NCBI GenBank assembly: GCA_963748215.1
Contig: CAVVHS010000007.1
Span: forward strand, 384,001-448,000
DNA: 64,000 bases
Source: an uncultured Gammaproteobacteria bacterium
Lineage (GTDB): Bacteria; Pseudomonadota; Gammaproteobacteria; UBA9214
Reading direction: 5' to 3'
Below, in pieces: positions 18,578 through 27,851 of this stretch (positions are counted from its first letter, which is position 1; every line of letters begins with the position of its first letter). The notes below the pieces were generated by a model. It was given only the letters and a program-made list of their open reading frames with translations. It searched no databases and had not been told where the DNA came from. The translations under genes and the position numbers were made by a program.

Positions 18578-19105
18578 ATGAGCGGAAGCGGGACGTCGGT
18601 CATTAGCGGCACACGTGGACACATGGTGCTGGTCTTTCTGCTCGGCTGGCTGGCCTGGTTGCTGCTGGCCGGCACGCTGACTGTCGAGGAAGTCGTCGCC
18701 GGCGCGCTGGTGTCCCTGCTGGTCACGCTGCTGTCCGGCCGGCACCTGGCCGTCTATGCCGGGGTCCGCTTCACCCCCGATGCCATTCTCCACCTGTTTG
18801 CCTTTCTCGCCGTGTTCCTGCGTGCGCTGCTGCACGCGAACATCGACATGGCGCGCCGCGTGCTGTCGCCCGCGCTGCCGATCCGGCCAGCCGTGGTGGA
18901 AGTCGAAACGCAACTGCAGTCCGCGCTGGGCAAACTGTTGCTGACCAATGCCATAACGTTGACGCCCGGTACCCTCTCCATCGACGTCGAGGACAACCGT
19001 ATCAAGGTGCACTGGGTGGATTGCCCGCCAGGTCTGGACCTGCACGGCAAGACGGCCGCCATTGTCAGCGGTTTCGAACGCCACTTGCTCGGGTTCCTGG
19101 TATGA
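18578..19105 (+). CDS. Na+/H+ antiporter subunit E-like (MbxA/MrpE)
   Basis: ANIDMARRVLSP..PIRPAVVEV and LLTNAITLTPGTLSIDV...VHW. Confidence 0.9.
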   Translation: MSGSGTSVISGTRGHMVLVFLLGWLAWLLLAGTLTVEEVVAGALVSLLVTLLSGRHLAVYAGVRFTPDAILHLFAFLAVFLRALLHANIDMARRVLSPALPIRPAVVEVETQLQSALGKLLLTNAITLTPGTLSIDVEDNRIKVHWVDCPPGLDLHGKTAAIVSGFERHLLGFLV

Positions 19106-19368
19106 GCGTGTCCCTGTTACAGCTTGTCGCGCTGTGCCTGCTCGGTACCGGCCTGGTGCTGGGTACGATCCGCTTCGTGCTGGGACCGACCACGCCGGAC
19201 CGCATCGTCGCGGCAGACACCCTGTCGATCCTGATCACCGCGGGCCTGGTGTGGCTGGCGCACCTGCTCGACAGCGGCATCTATCTGTCCATCGCACTGG
19301 TGTTCGGGGCGCTGTCATTCGTCGGTACCGTGGCCCTGGCGCGTGCCATCGAGGGCAACCGCTCATGA
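19102..19368 (+). CDS. Antiporter subunit F-like (MbxB/MrpF)
   Basis: RFVLGPTTPDRIVAADTL and LSFVGTVALAR. ATGA overlap with the upstream gene. Confidence 0.88.
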   Translation: MSVSLLQLVALCLLGTGLVLGTIRFVLGPTTPDRIVAADTLSILITAGLVWLAHLLDSGIYLSIALVFGALSFVGTVALARAIEGNRS

Positions 19369-19697
19369 CGCTGGCCGGCGACCTGTTTCTGTTGCTGGGT
19401 TCCGCGTTCGCCTGTCTCGGTGCGCTGGGCCTGATTCGCATGCCGGATGTCTACAACCGCCTGCAGGCGGGTACCAAATCGGTCACGCTGGGGACCATGG
19501 CCATCCTCATCGGCATCGGCCTGCACCACCCGCAGTGGTGGTCCAATCTGCTGATGATCGGTGTGCTGGTGCTGTTCACCAATCCGGTCGGCTCTGCCTC
19601 CATCGCGCGCGCCGCACTGATTGCCGGTATTCGTCCCTGGCAGGTACCGGAGGCGGCGCCGCAACAGCTGCCGGCCGGCGAGGGGAAGGACGACTGA
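19365..19697 (+). CDS. Antiporter subunit G-like (MbxC/MrpG)
   Basis: GALGLIRMPDVYNRLQAGTKSVTLG and TNPVGSASIARAA. Confidence 0.9.
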   Translation: MTLAGDLFLLLGSAFACLGALGLIRMPDVYNRLQAGTKSVTLGTMAILIGIGLHHPQWWSNLLMIGVLVLFTNPVGSASIARAALIAGIRPWQVPEAAPQQLPAGEGKDD

Positions 19698-19990
19698 TGG
19701 CCGACTGGATCAACTGGGTGGCCCTGCTGGCGGTGCTGGTGATGCTGGCCGGCGCGGTAGCGGTGCTCCTGTTGAATAATTTCCTCGCGGCCGTGGCCGC
19801 GACCTCGGTGGTATCGCTGGGCGCTGCGGTGATTTTCGTGTTGCTGCGCGCGCCGGACGTGGCGCTGACCGAGGCCGCCGTGGGGGCCGGCCTGAGCAGC
19901 GTGATCATGGCGTTGTGCCTGCGACGGCTCGGCCTGTGGCACATCGCGCCGAATACGACCGGTGCGGATGACGCGGGAGGCAGCCGCTGA
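19697..19990 (+). CDS. MbhD/MbxD-like subunit (DUF4040)
   Basis: LLRAPDVALTEAAVGAGLS motif; translationally coupled. Confidence 0.85.
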   Translation: MADWINWVALLAVLVMLAGAVAVLLLNNFLAAVAATSVVSLGAAVIFVLLRAPDVALTEAAVGAGLSSVIMALCLRRLGLWHIAPNTTGADDAGGSR

Positions 19991-20679
19991 TGCGCAACTA
20001 CATCTCCCTGCTGTTCGTGGCCGGCCTGGCATTCCTGCTGTTCGTGATTACCGGTCAGCTCGAGTTCGGCGCGGCGCCGATGCTGATTGGACAGGCCATC
20101 AACCAGGCGGCGCCGGAGCAGGTCGGTGCCGCCAACATCGTCACCTCCGTGGTGCTGGGCTACCGTGCACTCGACACCCTGGGCGAGCTGGCGATCCTGT
20201 TCACTGCGGCCACCGCCGGCGGCCTGATGCTCGGGCGTCCGCGCCCCGGCGCGGCACATGATCCGGAGGCGGGTTTCATCCTGCGTACCGCCGCCGACCT
20301 GCTGTTTCCGTTGCTGCTGGTGGTGGGTCTGTTCATCATCGTGCACGGCCACCTGACGCCGGGTGGCGGCTTCCAGGGTGGCGTGATCCTGGCCGCGGCC
20401 TTTTTCGTGCCCTTGCTGGCGCGGCCCGGTACGCACTTCGACCACGCGTCCTTTGCCGTCGTCGAGGGCCTGGCCGGTGCCACCTTCATCGTGATCGGCC
20501 TGCTCGGCCTGGTGTATGGCGGCGAGTTTCTCGCGCCGCTGCTGGGACAGGGCGAGATGGGCAGCCTGCTGTCGGCCGGTACGCTGCCGTTGCTTTATAT
20601 CGCCGTTGGCCTGAAGGTCGGCACCGAGCTGGCCGGGCTGATGGCACACATTGCCGCCTACGAGGCGGTGGATTCATGA
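19990..20679 (+). CDS. Antiporter subunit B-like (MbhE/F fusion, MrpB)
   Basis: NIVTSVVLGYRALDTLGE and HGHLTPGGGFQGG. Confidence 0.9.
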   Translation: MRNYISLLFVAGLAFLLFVITGQLEFGAAPMLIGQAINQAAPEQVGAANIVTSVVLGYRALDTLGELAILFTAATAGGLMLGRPRPGAAHDPEAGFILRTAADLLFPLLLVVGLFIIVHGHLTPGGGFQGGVILAAAFFVPLLARPGTHFDHASFAVVEGLAGATFIVIGLLGLVYGGEFLAPLLGQGEMGSLLSAGTLPLLYIAVGLKVGTELAGLMAHIAAYEAVDS

Positions 20680-21134
20680 GCCCGCCGGACCTGGGGGCGA
20701 TCCTGTTCACCGGTGCCTTCGGCCTGGTGGTGATCGGCATCCTCGGCATTGTCACGTCCACGCACCTGGTGCGCATCGTACTGTCCATCGTGCTGCTGGA
20801 GACGGGCGCCAACCTGCTGCTGATGCTGTCGGGTTACCGGCCCGGCGCGGCGGCGCCGATCATTATCGACGGCGTGGTGCCGGCCGCCATGGTCGATCCG
20901 GTGCCGCAGGCCCTGGTGCTGACCGCGATCGTCATCGGTGTCGCGGTGCAGGCGTTCATGATGACGCTGGTACTGCGACTGCGCAGTGTTTACGGCACCC
21001 TGGATATTCGCGAGCTGCGTGGCCGCCTGGAGCGCGATCTCGCGCGGGAGGCCGGCATCGGTCTGCCGACCAGCGACGATGCCCCGGACGTGGCGGGTGT
21101 CGGTACGGCGCGTCCGCAGGGAGGTGACACCTGA
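20676..21134 (+). CDS. Antiporter subunit C-like (MbxG/MrpC)
   Basis: GANLLL...APII...MVDPVPQALVLTAIVIG and YGTLD. Confidence 0.9.
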   Translation: MSPPDLGAILFTGAFGLVVIGILGIVTSTHLVRIVLSIVLLETGANLLLMLSGYRPGAAAPIIIDGVVPAAMVDPVPQALVLTAIVIGVAVQAFMMTLVLRLRSVYGTLDIRELRGRLERDLAREAGIGLPTSDDAPDVAGVGTARPQGGDT

Positions 21135-22591
21135 TGTCGCCCGTGCTGATGTTCGTCCTGCCGTTGCTGGGTGCGTTCCTGTTGCCGATCGTGGCGCGTG
21201 CTTCGGCAATGGCTGGCCGCCTGTTCGGCCCGCTGGTGCTGGCGCTGAACTGTGTGATCGGCGTGCTGGCCTGGGGTACGGTGAGTGAACAGACCCAGGT
21301 CATTGCGCTGGGTGGCTTTCAGCCGCCGTTGGGTATCGCCTTCTATGTCGACCGGCTGGCGTTGCTGTTCGCCATCGCGGTCTCGCTCGGTGTGCTGCTG
21401 CTGTGGCCGGACGCCGGAGAGGATGAGGCCGCGCAGCGCGAGAACACGCTGACCCTGGTGCTGGCGGCAGCCGCGACCGGGCTGGCCTTGTCCGGCGACC
21501 TGTTCAATATCTACGTCTTTTACGAGCTCACGGCAGTGGCTTCCTACGGCCTGGCCGCGGCGCGCCGCAACGGCGCCGCCTATGCCGCCACGCTGCGCTA
21601 CGTGGTGATCAGCAGTTTCGGCGCGGCACTGATGCTGATGGGCATCGCGCTGGTGTACATGGCCACGGGCACGCTCAACCTCGCGCAGCTGGCGCAGCTT
21701 GCGCCCGGCGCGCTGGACGGTCCGCTCGGGCTGGCCGCGTTCGTGTTCATCCTGATCGGTGCCGGCGTCAAGGCCGAGCTGTTCCCGGTCAACACCTGGG
21801 TACCCGAGGTGTACGCGGCGGCCTCGAAGCGCGTCGCCGGCCTGCTGGCCGGTATCATTTCCAAGCTGGCATTGCTGATCATCGTGCGCCTGCTGGTGCT
21901 GGTTTTTCAGCAGCCCGAGGCGCTGCAGATCCTGTTGACGCTGGGCATCCTCGGCGTGATCACCGGCGAGCTGGCCGCCTGGTATGCGCGTGATCTGACA
22001 CGCATGCTGGCCTACTCGTCGATCGGCCAGCTTGGTGTGATGTTCATTGCCTTTTCCATTCCGGGTACGGCCGGCCTGTATGCCGGCCTGGCCGTGGCGC
22101 TGCATCATATGGTGGTCAAGCCGGCCCTGTTCCTGCTGGCGGAGCGCCAGGGCGGCGCGCTGGAACGCCTCGCCGGGTCGGCGCAGGCCTCGCCGGTGGC
22201 CGCCGGGCTGTTCATCCTGCTGGCGCTGTCACTGATCGGCATTCCGCCCTTGCCCGGTTTCTGGGCCAAATTCCTGGTGGTGACGGCGGCGCTGGCCCAG
22301 CCGGGCACGGCGTACCTGCTGAGCGTGGCGGTCATCCTGCTGGCCGTGGTGGTGGAGGCCAGCTACCTGTTCCGCGTGATCGTGCAGCTGTACCGGCGCG
22401 TGCCGCCGACCGAGGTCGGTGACGGGCACGATGGTGCGACGCTGACCGTCAGTGCAGCCCTGGGCCTGGCGCTGATCGCTGCCGTACTGTGGCTGGCACC
22501 ACTGGGCAACGGCCTGCAGGGCATCGCTGCGCAGGCCGCGGACCGGGCCGGCTACATCGAGGCGGTGCTGCCTGCCGGAGCCGGGTTATGA
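21134..22591 (+). CDS. Proton-translocating MrpD/NuoN-like subunit (MbxH)
   Basis: GDLFNIYVFYEL, GVKAELFPVNTWVPEVY, RMLAYSSIGQLG and GIPPLPGFWAKF. Confidence 0.9.
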   Translation: MSPVLMFVLPLLGAFLLPIVARASAMAGRLFGPLVLALNCVIGVLAWGTVSEQTQVIALGGFQPPLGIAFYVDRLALLFAIAVSLGVLLLWPDAGEDEAAQRENTLTLVLAAAATGLALSGDLFNIYVFYELTAVASYGLAAARRNGAAYAATLRYVVISSFGAALMLMGIALVYMATGTLNLAQLAQLAPGALDGPLGLAAFVFILIGAGVKAELFPVNTWVPEVYAAASKRVAGLLAGIISKLALLIIVRLLVLVFQQPEALQILLTLGILGVITGELAAWYARDLTRMLAYSSIGQLGVMFIAFSIPGTAGLYAGLAVALHHMVVKPALFLLAERQGGALERLAGSAQASPVAAGLFILLALSLIGIPPLPGFWAKFLVVTAALAQPGTAYLLSVAVILLAVVVEASYLFRVIVQLYRRVPPTEVGDGHDGATLTVSAALGLALIAAVLWLAPLGNGLQGIAAQAADRAGYIEAVLPAGAGL

Positions 22592-24450
22592 ACACGTTCG
22601 ACCAGTTGTTGCTGCTGGCTTTGGTCACCGTGCTGACGACGCTGCTCACCGGCGGCCTGCGCTGGGGTGGCTGGCTGGCAACACTGCTGTATGCGGGCCA
22701 GCTGGTATTGCTGTTCGGCATGGCGACGGTCGGCCAGGAAGGCGCATCGGTCAGTTCCGGACTGGCGATCGAGGTGCCGGGCTTTGTACTGCACTGGGAG
22801 ATGACGCCGCTGTCCTGGTTCTTCGCGCTGTTGACGGTGGGCGCCGGCCTGCTGTGCAGCGCCTATGCCGCGGGCGAGTGGGGGCAGGCTTACGGCGCGC
22901 AGCGCTCGTTGCGCCTGTTGAACGTGACGCTGGCGCTGAACGTCGCCAGCATGCTGTTGCTGGTCACCAGTGCCGACCTGTTGAGCCTGTTTATCGGCTG
23001 GGAGCTGATGAGCTGGGCCAGCCTGCTGATGATGATCCAGAACGGCCCCGCGTCGGTGCGCGCGGCGCTGCGTTACCTGCCGTATGCCATGGCCGGTGCG
23101 ATGGCGCTGCTCGGTGCCATCGCGCTGGTGTACGTGCAGGGCGGCACGCTTGAATTCGATGGCCTGCGCGCACTGCTGGCCGGCCTGGGCACGCTGCCGT
23201 TGTGGACGCTGCTGATGTTGCTGTTCGCCGGTTTCGCGGTGAAGATGGCCGCGGTGCCGTTCCACCTCTGGCAACCGCAGGCCTACAGCGAGGCACCCGG
23301 TGCGGGCGCGGCCTTCCTCGGCGCGATCTCATCGCGCATGGGCCTGTTCGCCATGGCGCTGGTGCTGGTCAAGCTGGTCGGTTTCGACTACCTGGCCGAT
23401 GCACAGGCCTGGGTCAGTCCGCAGGATGTCATGCTGCTGCTGTCTGCGGCCACCATCATCATCGGCGCCTACGTGGCGCTGCGCCAGGACGATGCGCGGC
23501 TGCTGCTGGCCTGGAGCGGTATCAGCCAGGGCGGCTACATGATGCTGGGGCTGTACAGCGGCGCACCGCTGGCGGTGGCCGGCGGCCTGAGTCATGTATT
23601 CAGCTATGCCACCTACGAGGCCGGCCTGTTCATGGTGGTGTTCGCCGTTGTCCACCGCACCGGCACCGCCGACATGAACCGGCTGGGCGGGCTGGTCACG
23701 CGCATGCCGCTGTCGTTCCTGGTGCTGCTGATGGGCATCATCGGGCTGGCCGGGCTGCCGCCGATCAACGGTTTCGTGTCGAAGTGGATGATCTACCGCG
23801 GCCTGCTCGACCAGGGCATGGTGCTCTATTTCCTGGTGTCGGTGATCGGCACCCTGGGCAGCGTGCTGTACTGCTACAAGCTGATCCACAATATCTTCCT
23901 CGGCCAGCTGCGGCTCGAGCACCACGCGGTGCGCGAGGCGCCGTGGAGCATGACCGTGCCCATGCTGGTGCTTGGCGCGCTGATGTTCGCCACCGGCTAC
24001 ATGCCGGGCCTCGTGCTCGACTGGGTAGCGCCGGCCATGGCCTACCTCGGCATTCAGCCGCCGGAATACACGCTCGGTGCCATCCTGACCGCGGGCGCCG
24101 ACCTCGACATGCTGTGGCTGGTGACCTTCATGCTGATTGGTTTCGGCATAGGCGCGGTGATTTTCTACTCGGCTGGCCGTGCCCAGCGCGTGCACCAGCT
24201 GAACAACTATGCCGGCGGCCATTTCCTGACGGCCGATACGCGTTACCAGTACAGCTACAATTTCTATCCGGCGCTTTACCGCCTGATCGGGCCGCTCTAT
24301 CGCAACAGCTTTCAGTGGCTGGAATCCGGCGTGCTGTCGCTGATGAATTTCGTGTCCGCCGGGGCGCAGGGCATTTACCGTTCGGTGCACCCGTCGCTGT
24401 ACCTGCTGGCCGTGGTGGTGCTGGTGAGCCTGTTCTGGGGGGCGACGTGA
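22588..24450 (+). CDS. Second, larger proton-translocating subunit (MbxH'-like)
   Basis: Starts MNTFDQ at 22588. DLLSLFIGWELMS, KMAAVPFHLWQP and GLPPINGFVSKWMIY. Confidence 0.9.
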   Translation: MNTFDQLLLLALVTVLTTLLTGGLRWGGWLATLLYAGQLVLLFGMATVGQEGASVSSGLAIEVPGFVLHWEMTPLSWFFALLTVGAGLLCSAYAAGEWGQAYGAQRSLRLLNVTLALNVASMLLLVTSADLLSLFIGWELMSWASLLMMIQNGPASVRAALRYLPYAMAGAMALLGAIALVYVQGGTLEFDGLRALLAGLGTLPLWTLLMLLFAGFAVKMAAVPFHLWQPQAYSEAPGAGAAFLGAISSRMGLFAMALVLVKLVGFDYLADAQAWVSPQDVMLLLSAATIIIGAYVALRQDDARLLLAWSGISQGGYMMLGLYSGAPLAVAGGLSHVFSYATYEAGLFMVVFAVVHRTGTADMNRLGGLVTRMPLSFLVLLMGIIGLAGLPPINGFVSKWMIYRGLLDQGMVLYFLVSVIGTLGSVLYCYKLIHNIFLGQLRLEHHAVREAPWSMTVPMLVLGALMFATGYMPGLVLDWVAPAMAYLGIQPPEYTLGAILTAGADLDMLWLVTFMLIGFGIGAVIFYSAGRAQRVHQLNNYAGGHFLTADTRYQYSYNFYPALYRLIGPLYRNSFQWLESGVLSLMNFVSAGAQGIYRSVHPSLYLLAVVVLVSLFWGAT

Positions 24451-25355
24451 TGGACTGGCAGACGGTGTTGTTCGATGTCGTGGTCATGCCGCTGGTGGCC
24501 TTTATCGTCGGGCTGCTGCTGGTGCTGATGATGCGCCGCACGCGCGCCCGGCTCGAGCGCCGCGTCGGGCCGCCGTTCTTCCAGCCGCTGTACGACATCC
24601 TCAAGCTGTATTCCAAGGATATCCAGGTCTCGCACGGTTTCATCCATGACCTGGGCATCATCATGGTGGTCGGTGGCTACATTACGGTGGAGATGTTCCT
24701 GCCGGTGCCGGGCATGGTCGGGCTGGCCGAGAAGGGCGACCTGATCGCGCTGGTGTACCTGATGATGGTGCCGTCGCTGGGCATGGCACTGGGCGTCGGC
24801 CAGTGCGCCAACCCGAACGGCTCGATCGGCATTTCGCGTGCGCTGACTTCCATGCTCGGCTACGACATTCCGTTCGTGCTGGTCGTGGTCGCGGCCGCGG
24901 CGATGTACGGCACCACCAGCCTGCCGGAGATCATCGCCATCCAGCAGCAGGGTGGAATCTCGACCTGGGGTATTGCGAGCATGCCGGTCATGGCGCTGGC
25001 CGGCTTAATCACCACTCACGTGATGCTGGCCAAGGAGCCGTTCGAGACCTACATCGCGCCGGCCGAGATCGCCACCGGGCCGATGGTCGAGATGGGCGGC
25101 AAGTTCATGGGCGGTTTGTTCGTCGTACAGACCTTTCAGGTCTATACTGCAGGTGTGCTGTTCACGACGCTGTTTCTGGGCGGCGGCGTCACCTGGTTCG
25201 ATTTTCTGCCAAAGGTGTTTGCCGTGCTGTTCCTGCCGTTCGCCATCACCATCCTGTATCCGCGTTACAAGGCCGGAGAAGGGTTACTCTGGGTGTGGAA
25301 ATGGCCGACCGGTATCGCGCTGCTGGGACTGGCGCTGATCTTTATGCAGAGGTGA
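24450..25355 (+). CDS. NuoH-like membrane subunit (MbxM)
   Basis: ARLERRVGPPFFQPLYDILKL and PFETYIAPAEIATGPMVEMGGK. Confidence 0.9.
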   Translation: MDWQTVLFDVVVMPLVAFIVGLLLVLMMRRTRARLERRVGPPFFQPLYDILKLYSKDIQVSHGFIHDLGIIMVVGGYITVEMFLPVPGMVGLAEKGDLIALVYLMMVPSLGMALGVGQCANPNGSIGISRALTSMLGYDIPFVLVVVAAAAMYGTTSLPEIIAIQQQGGISTWGIASMPVMALAGLITTHVMLAKEPFETYIAPAEIATGPMVEMGGKFMGGLFVVQTFQVYTAGVLFTTLFLGGGVTWFDFLPKVFAVLFLPFAITILYPRYKAGEGLLWVWKWPTGIALLGLALIFMQR

Positions 25356-25359
25356 GACC

Positions 25360-26091
25360 ATGAGCGACAAGCAACTCGAAATTCCGGTTACACAGGGCAG
25401 CCCTGCGCCCGGCGGCGGCAATCCCTATCGCGGCGTGTTTGACCGCCTGCAGGATTTCTGCCGCGCCCGCTCGCTGTTCATGCTGCATTACTGTACCGGC
25501 TGCGGGGCCATCGAGCTGCCACCGGCGATGACCTCGCGCTACGACATGGAGCGGCTCGGTATCCAGCCCATGGCCACGCCGCGCCAGGCGGACATCCTGC
25601 TGGTCACCGGCTATGTCGCCACCAAGACCCTGAAGCGCATCCTGCTGACCTACGAGCAGATGAGCGCGCCGCGCTATGTGATCGGCATCTGCTCCTGCAC
25701 CGTGAATGGCGGCATGTACTGGCAGAGCTACGCCACGGTGAAGAAACTTAACGACTACCTGCCGGTCGATATGTACATCGCCGGCTGCATGCCGCGCCCG
25801 GAGGCGGTCATCGTTGGCCTGCAGAAGCTGATGGAGAAGATCGATGCCGGCCGCGCGGAGTCCTGGAAGGACTACTACCGCAACTACGACTATTACCTGG
25901 GCAAGCAGCAGACGCTGTTCGGCGAACGCTGGCAGACGCCGACCGACATCATCGCCGAGGCGCGCCGCTACGACTTGTTCGGGCCGGACACGCTGGGATC
26001 ACACACCGCGCTGCTGGAGCAGTACCAGACGCCGCTGGAGATGCCGTCTACCCCGGTGTTCGGGCGCGAGCGCGAGAAAATCGAGCGGTAG
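25360..26091 (+). CDS. NuoB-like Fe-S subunit (MbxJ/MbsJ)
   Basis: YCTGCGAIELPPAMTSRYDMERLG, PRQADILLVTG, CSCTVNGG and AGCMPRPE. Confidence 0.9.
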   Translation: MSDKQLEIPVTQGSPAPGGGNPYRGVFDRLQDFCRARSLFMLHYCTGCGAIELPPAMTSRYDMERLGIQPMATPRQADILLVTGYVATKTLKRILLTYEQMSAPRYVIGICSCTVNGGMYWQSYATVKKLNDYLPVDMYIAGCMPRPEAVIVGLQKLMEKIDAGRAESWKDYYRNYDYYLGKQQTLFGERWQTPTDIIAEARRYDLFGPDTLGSHTALLEQYQTPLEMPSTPVFGREREKIER

Positions 26092-26118
26092 ATCGCGCCA
26101 TAAGCACCGCCCGGATCT

Positions 26119-26142
26119 ATGGTGCGCGTGGCGCACCCTACA
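26119..26142. repeat. Single GTAG-type REP palindrome inside the mbx operon
   Basis: GGTGCGCGTGGCGCACCCTAC, the same family as GGTGCGTAAAACGCACCCTAC elsewhere in the window. Confidence 0.55.
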
Positions 26143-26172
26143 AAAGGGAAATTAACCCCGCAGGCAAATTTC

Positions 26173-26712
26173 ATGGATAGCGGCAAGGAACTGGTCAACT
26201 GGCTGGACAAGGTGCTGGAGGAATTCCAGGGTGTGCAGGTGCGGCGCAAGAGCACCTCGCGCGTGCGCGTCGACGTGGATGCCGACGCGCTGCCGGCGCT
26301 GCTGGAGCTGCTGCAGGGGCGCGCCGGCTACGTGCACCTGTCCGCGCTGAGTTGCGTGGACTGGATCGACGACAACGAGTTCGAGCTGGTCTACCACGTG
26401 TGGTCCTACGAGACCCGCTCGCTGGTATCCGCGCACATCCGCATCCCGCGCGAGCCGGGGGCCTACCTCTCGGTCTACGACATCTACAAGCCGGCGGCCT
26501 TTTTCGAGCGCGACATCTTCGAAATGTTCGGCGTGTTCTTCGAGGGCAGTCCGCACATGGAGAAATTCATTCTCACCGAGTGGGACGGGCCGCCGCCGAT
26601 GCGCAAGGAATTCGATACCCGCCAGTACGTGCACGACACCTTCGACTGGCAGCAGTACAACCCGGAGTGGCTGCAGGAGATCCGCGCCAAGGGCGGGGGG
26701 ATCGTCGAATGA
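26173..26712 (+). CDS. NuoC-like subunit (MbxK)
   Basis: HLSALSCVDW...FELVYH, FERDIFEMFGVFFEG and PPMRKEF. Confidence 0.9.
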   Translation: MDSGKELVNWLDKVLEEFQGVQVRRKSTSRVRVDVDADALPALLELLQGRAGYVHLSALSCVDWIDDNEFELVYHVWSYETRSLVSAHIRIPREPGAYLSVYDIYKPAAFFERDIFEMFGVFFEGSPHMEKFILTEWDGPPPMRKEFDTRQYVHDTFDWQQYNPEWLQEIRAKGGGIVE

Positions 26713-27851
26713 GGCCCGAGAACTACCAGGCGGTCAGTCATCCGCCCAGCCACGAATTCGAGCTGAATATCGGCCCCAACCACCCCGGCATCGAGGGCAA
26801 CTACGCGCTCAAGCTGAAGCTGGAGGGCGACATCGTGGTGGCGGCAAAGGCCGACGCCGGCTACCTGCACCGCGGCTTCGAGAAGCTCATGGAAGGCCGG
26901 TTGTGGATGCAGAACATTGCGCTGGTGCCGCGCATCTGCGTGCCGGACCCGGCGCACATGGAGATCTGCTACGCGCTGGGCGTGGAAATGCTCGGCGGGC
27001 TGGAGGTGCCGGAGCGCGCGCAGTGGCTGCGTGTCATGCAGCTGGAGCTGTCGCGCCTCACCGCGCACCTGTTCTATTTCGGCGGCGCCGCCGCCACCAT
27101 GGGCATGTACAGCAACATGTTCTGGGGCGTGTCCGACCGCGACCTGATACTCGACCTGTTCGAGGAATTCACCGGCGGGCGCGTGTACAGCATGTACAAC
27201 GTGCCCGGCGGCGTGCGCCGCGACCTGCCCGAGGGCTTCATCGGTCGCCTGGTGTCGCTGCTGGATTACCTCGATTCGCGCCTGGACGACTACGACAACC
27301 TGTTCTTCACCAACTACGTGATGGTGCACCGCACGCGCGGCACCGGTGCCATGAACCAGCAGCAGGCGCTGGAATGGGGCGTGACCGGACCCAACCTGCG
27401 TTCCACCGGGCTGGCCTTCGACGTACGCCGTGACGATCCCTACCTGGTGTACGACCAGCTCGAGTTCGACATCCCGGTCGAGGAGGCCGGCGACGCGCTG
27501 TCGCGTATCCTGGTGCGGCGCAACGAGTTGATACAGAGCATCCGCATCCTGCGCCAGGTGGCCGAGCGCCTGCCGTCGATCGGCGGGCCGGTGCGCTGCC
27601 CGCTGCCCAATCCGCTGGCCTGGAACGTGCCGGCCGGCGAGAGCTACGCGCGCGTGGAATCCTCCAAGGGCGAGCTGGCCTACTACACCGTCTCCAATGG
27701 CAGCGACAAGCCGTGGCGCGTGCACATCCGCGGGCCGTCACAGATGCATGGCGTGCAGGTGCTGGAGAACCTCTGCATCGGCGCGCGCATCGAGGACGTC
27801 GCCCAGATCATTTTCACTCTCGACGCCTGTCCGCCGGAGGTCGACCGCTGA
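26709..27851 (+). CDS. NuoD-like catalytic subunit of MBS/MBX type (MbxL/MbsL)
   Basis: GPNHPG, GYLHRGFEKL, PRICVPD, VESSKGE, RGPS and C-terminal LDACPPEVDR. One Cys at each former NiFe site. Confidence 0.88.
   Translation: MRPENYQAVSHPPSHEFELNIGPNHPGIEGNYALKLKLEGDIVVAAKADAGYLHRGFEKLMEGRLWMQNIALVPRICVPDPAHMEICYALGVEMLGGLEVPERAQWLRVMQLELSRLTAHLFYFGGAAATMGMYSNMFWGVSDRDLILDLFEEFTGGRVYSMYNVPGGVRRDLPEGFIGRLVSLLDYLDSRLDDYDNLFFTNYVMVHRTRGTGAMNQQQALEWGVTGPNLRSTGLAFDVRRDDPYLVYDQLEFDIPVEEAGDALSRILVRRNELIQSIRILRQVAERLPSIGGPVRCPLPNPLAWNVPAGESYARVESSKGELAYYTVSNGSDKPWRVHIRGPSQMHGVQVLENLCIGARIEDVAQIIFTLDACPPEVDR

Noticed and set aside
26709-27851. Group 4 [NiFe]-hydrogenase large subunit
   Set aside because: Both CxxC nickel-binding motifs are reduced to a single Cys (RICVPD, DACPP), and there are no maturation genes in the window.
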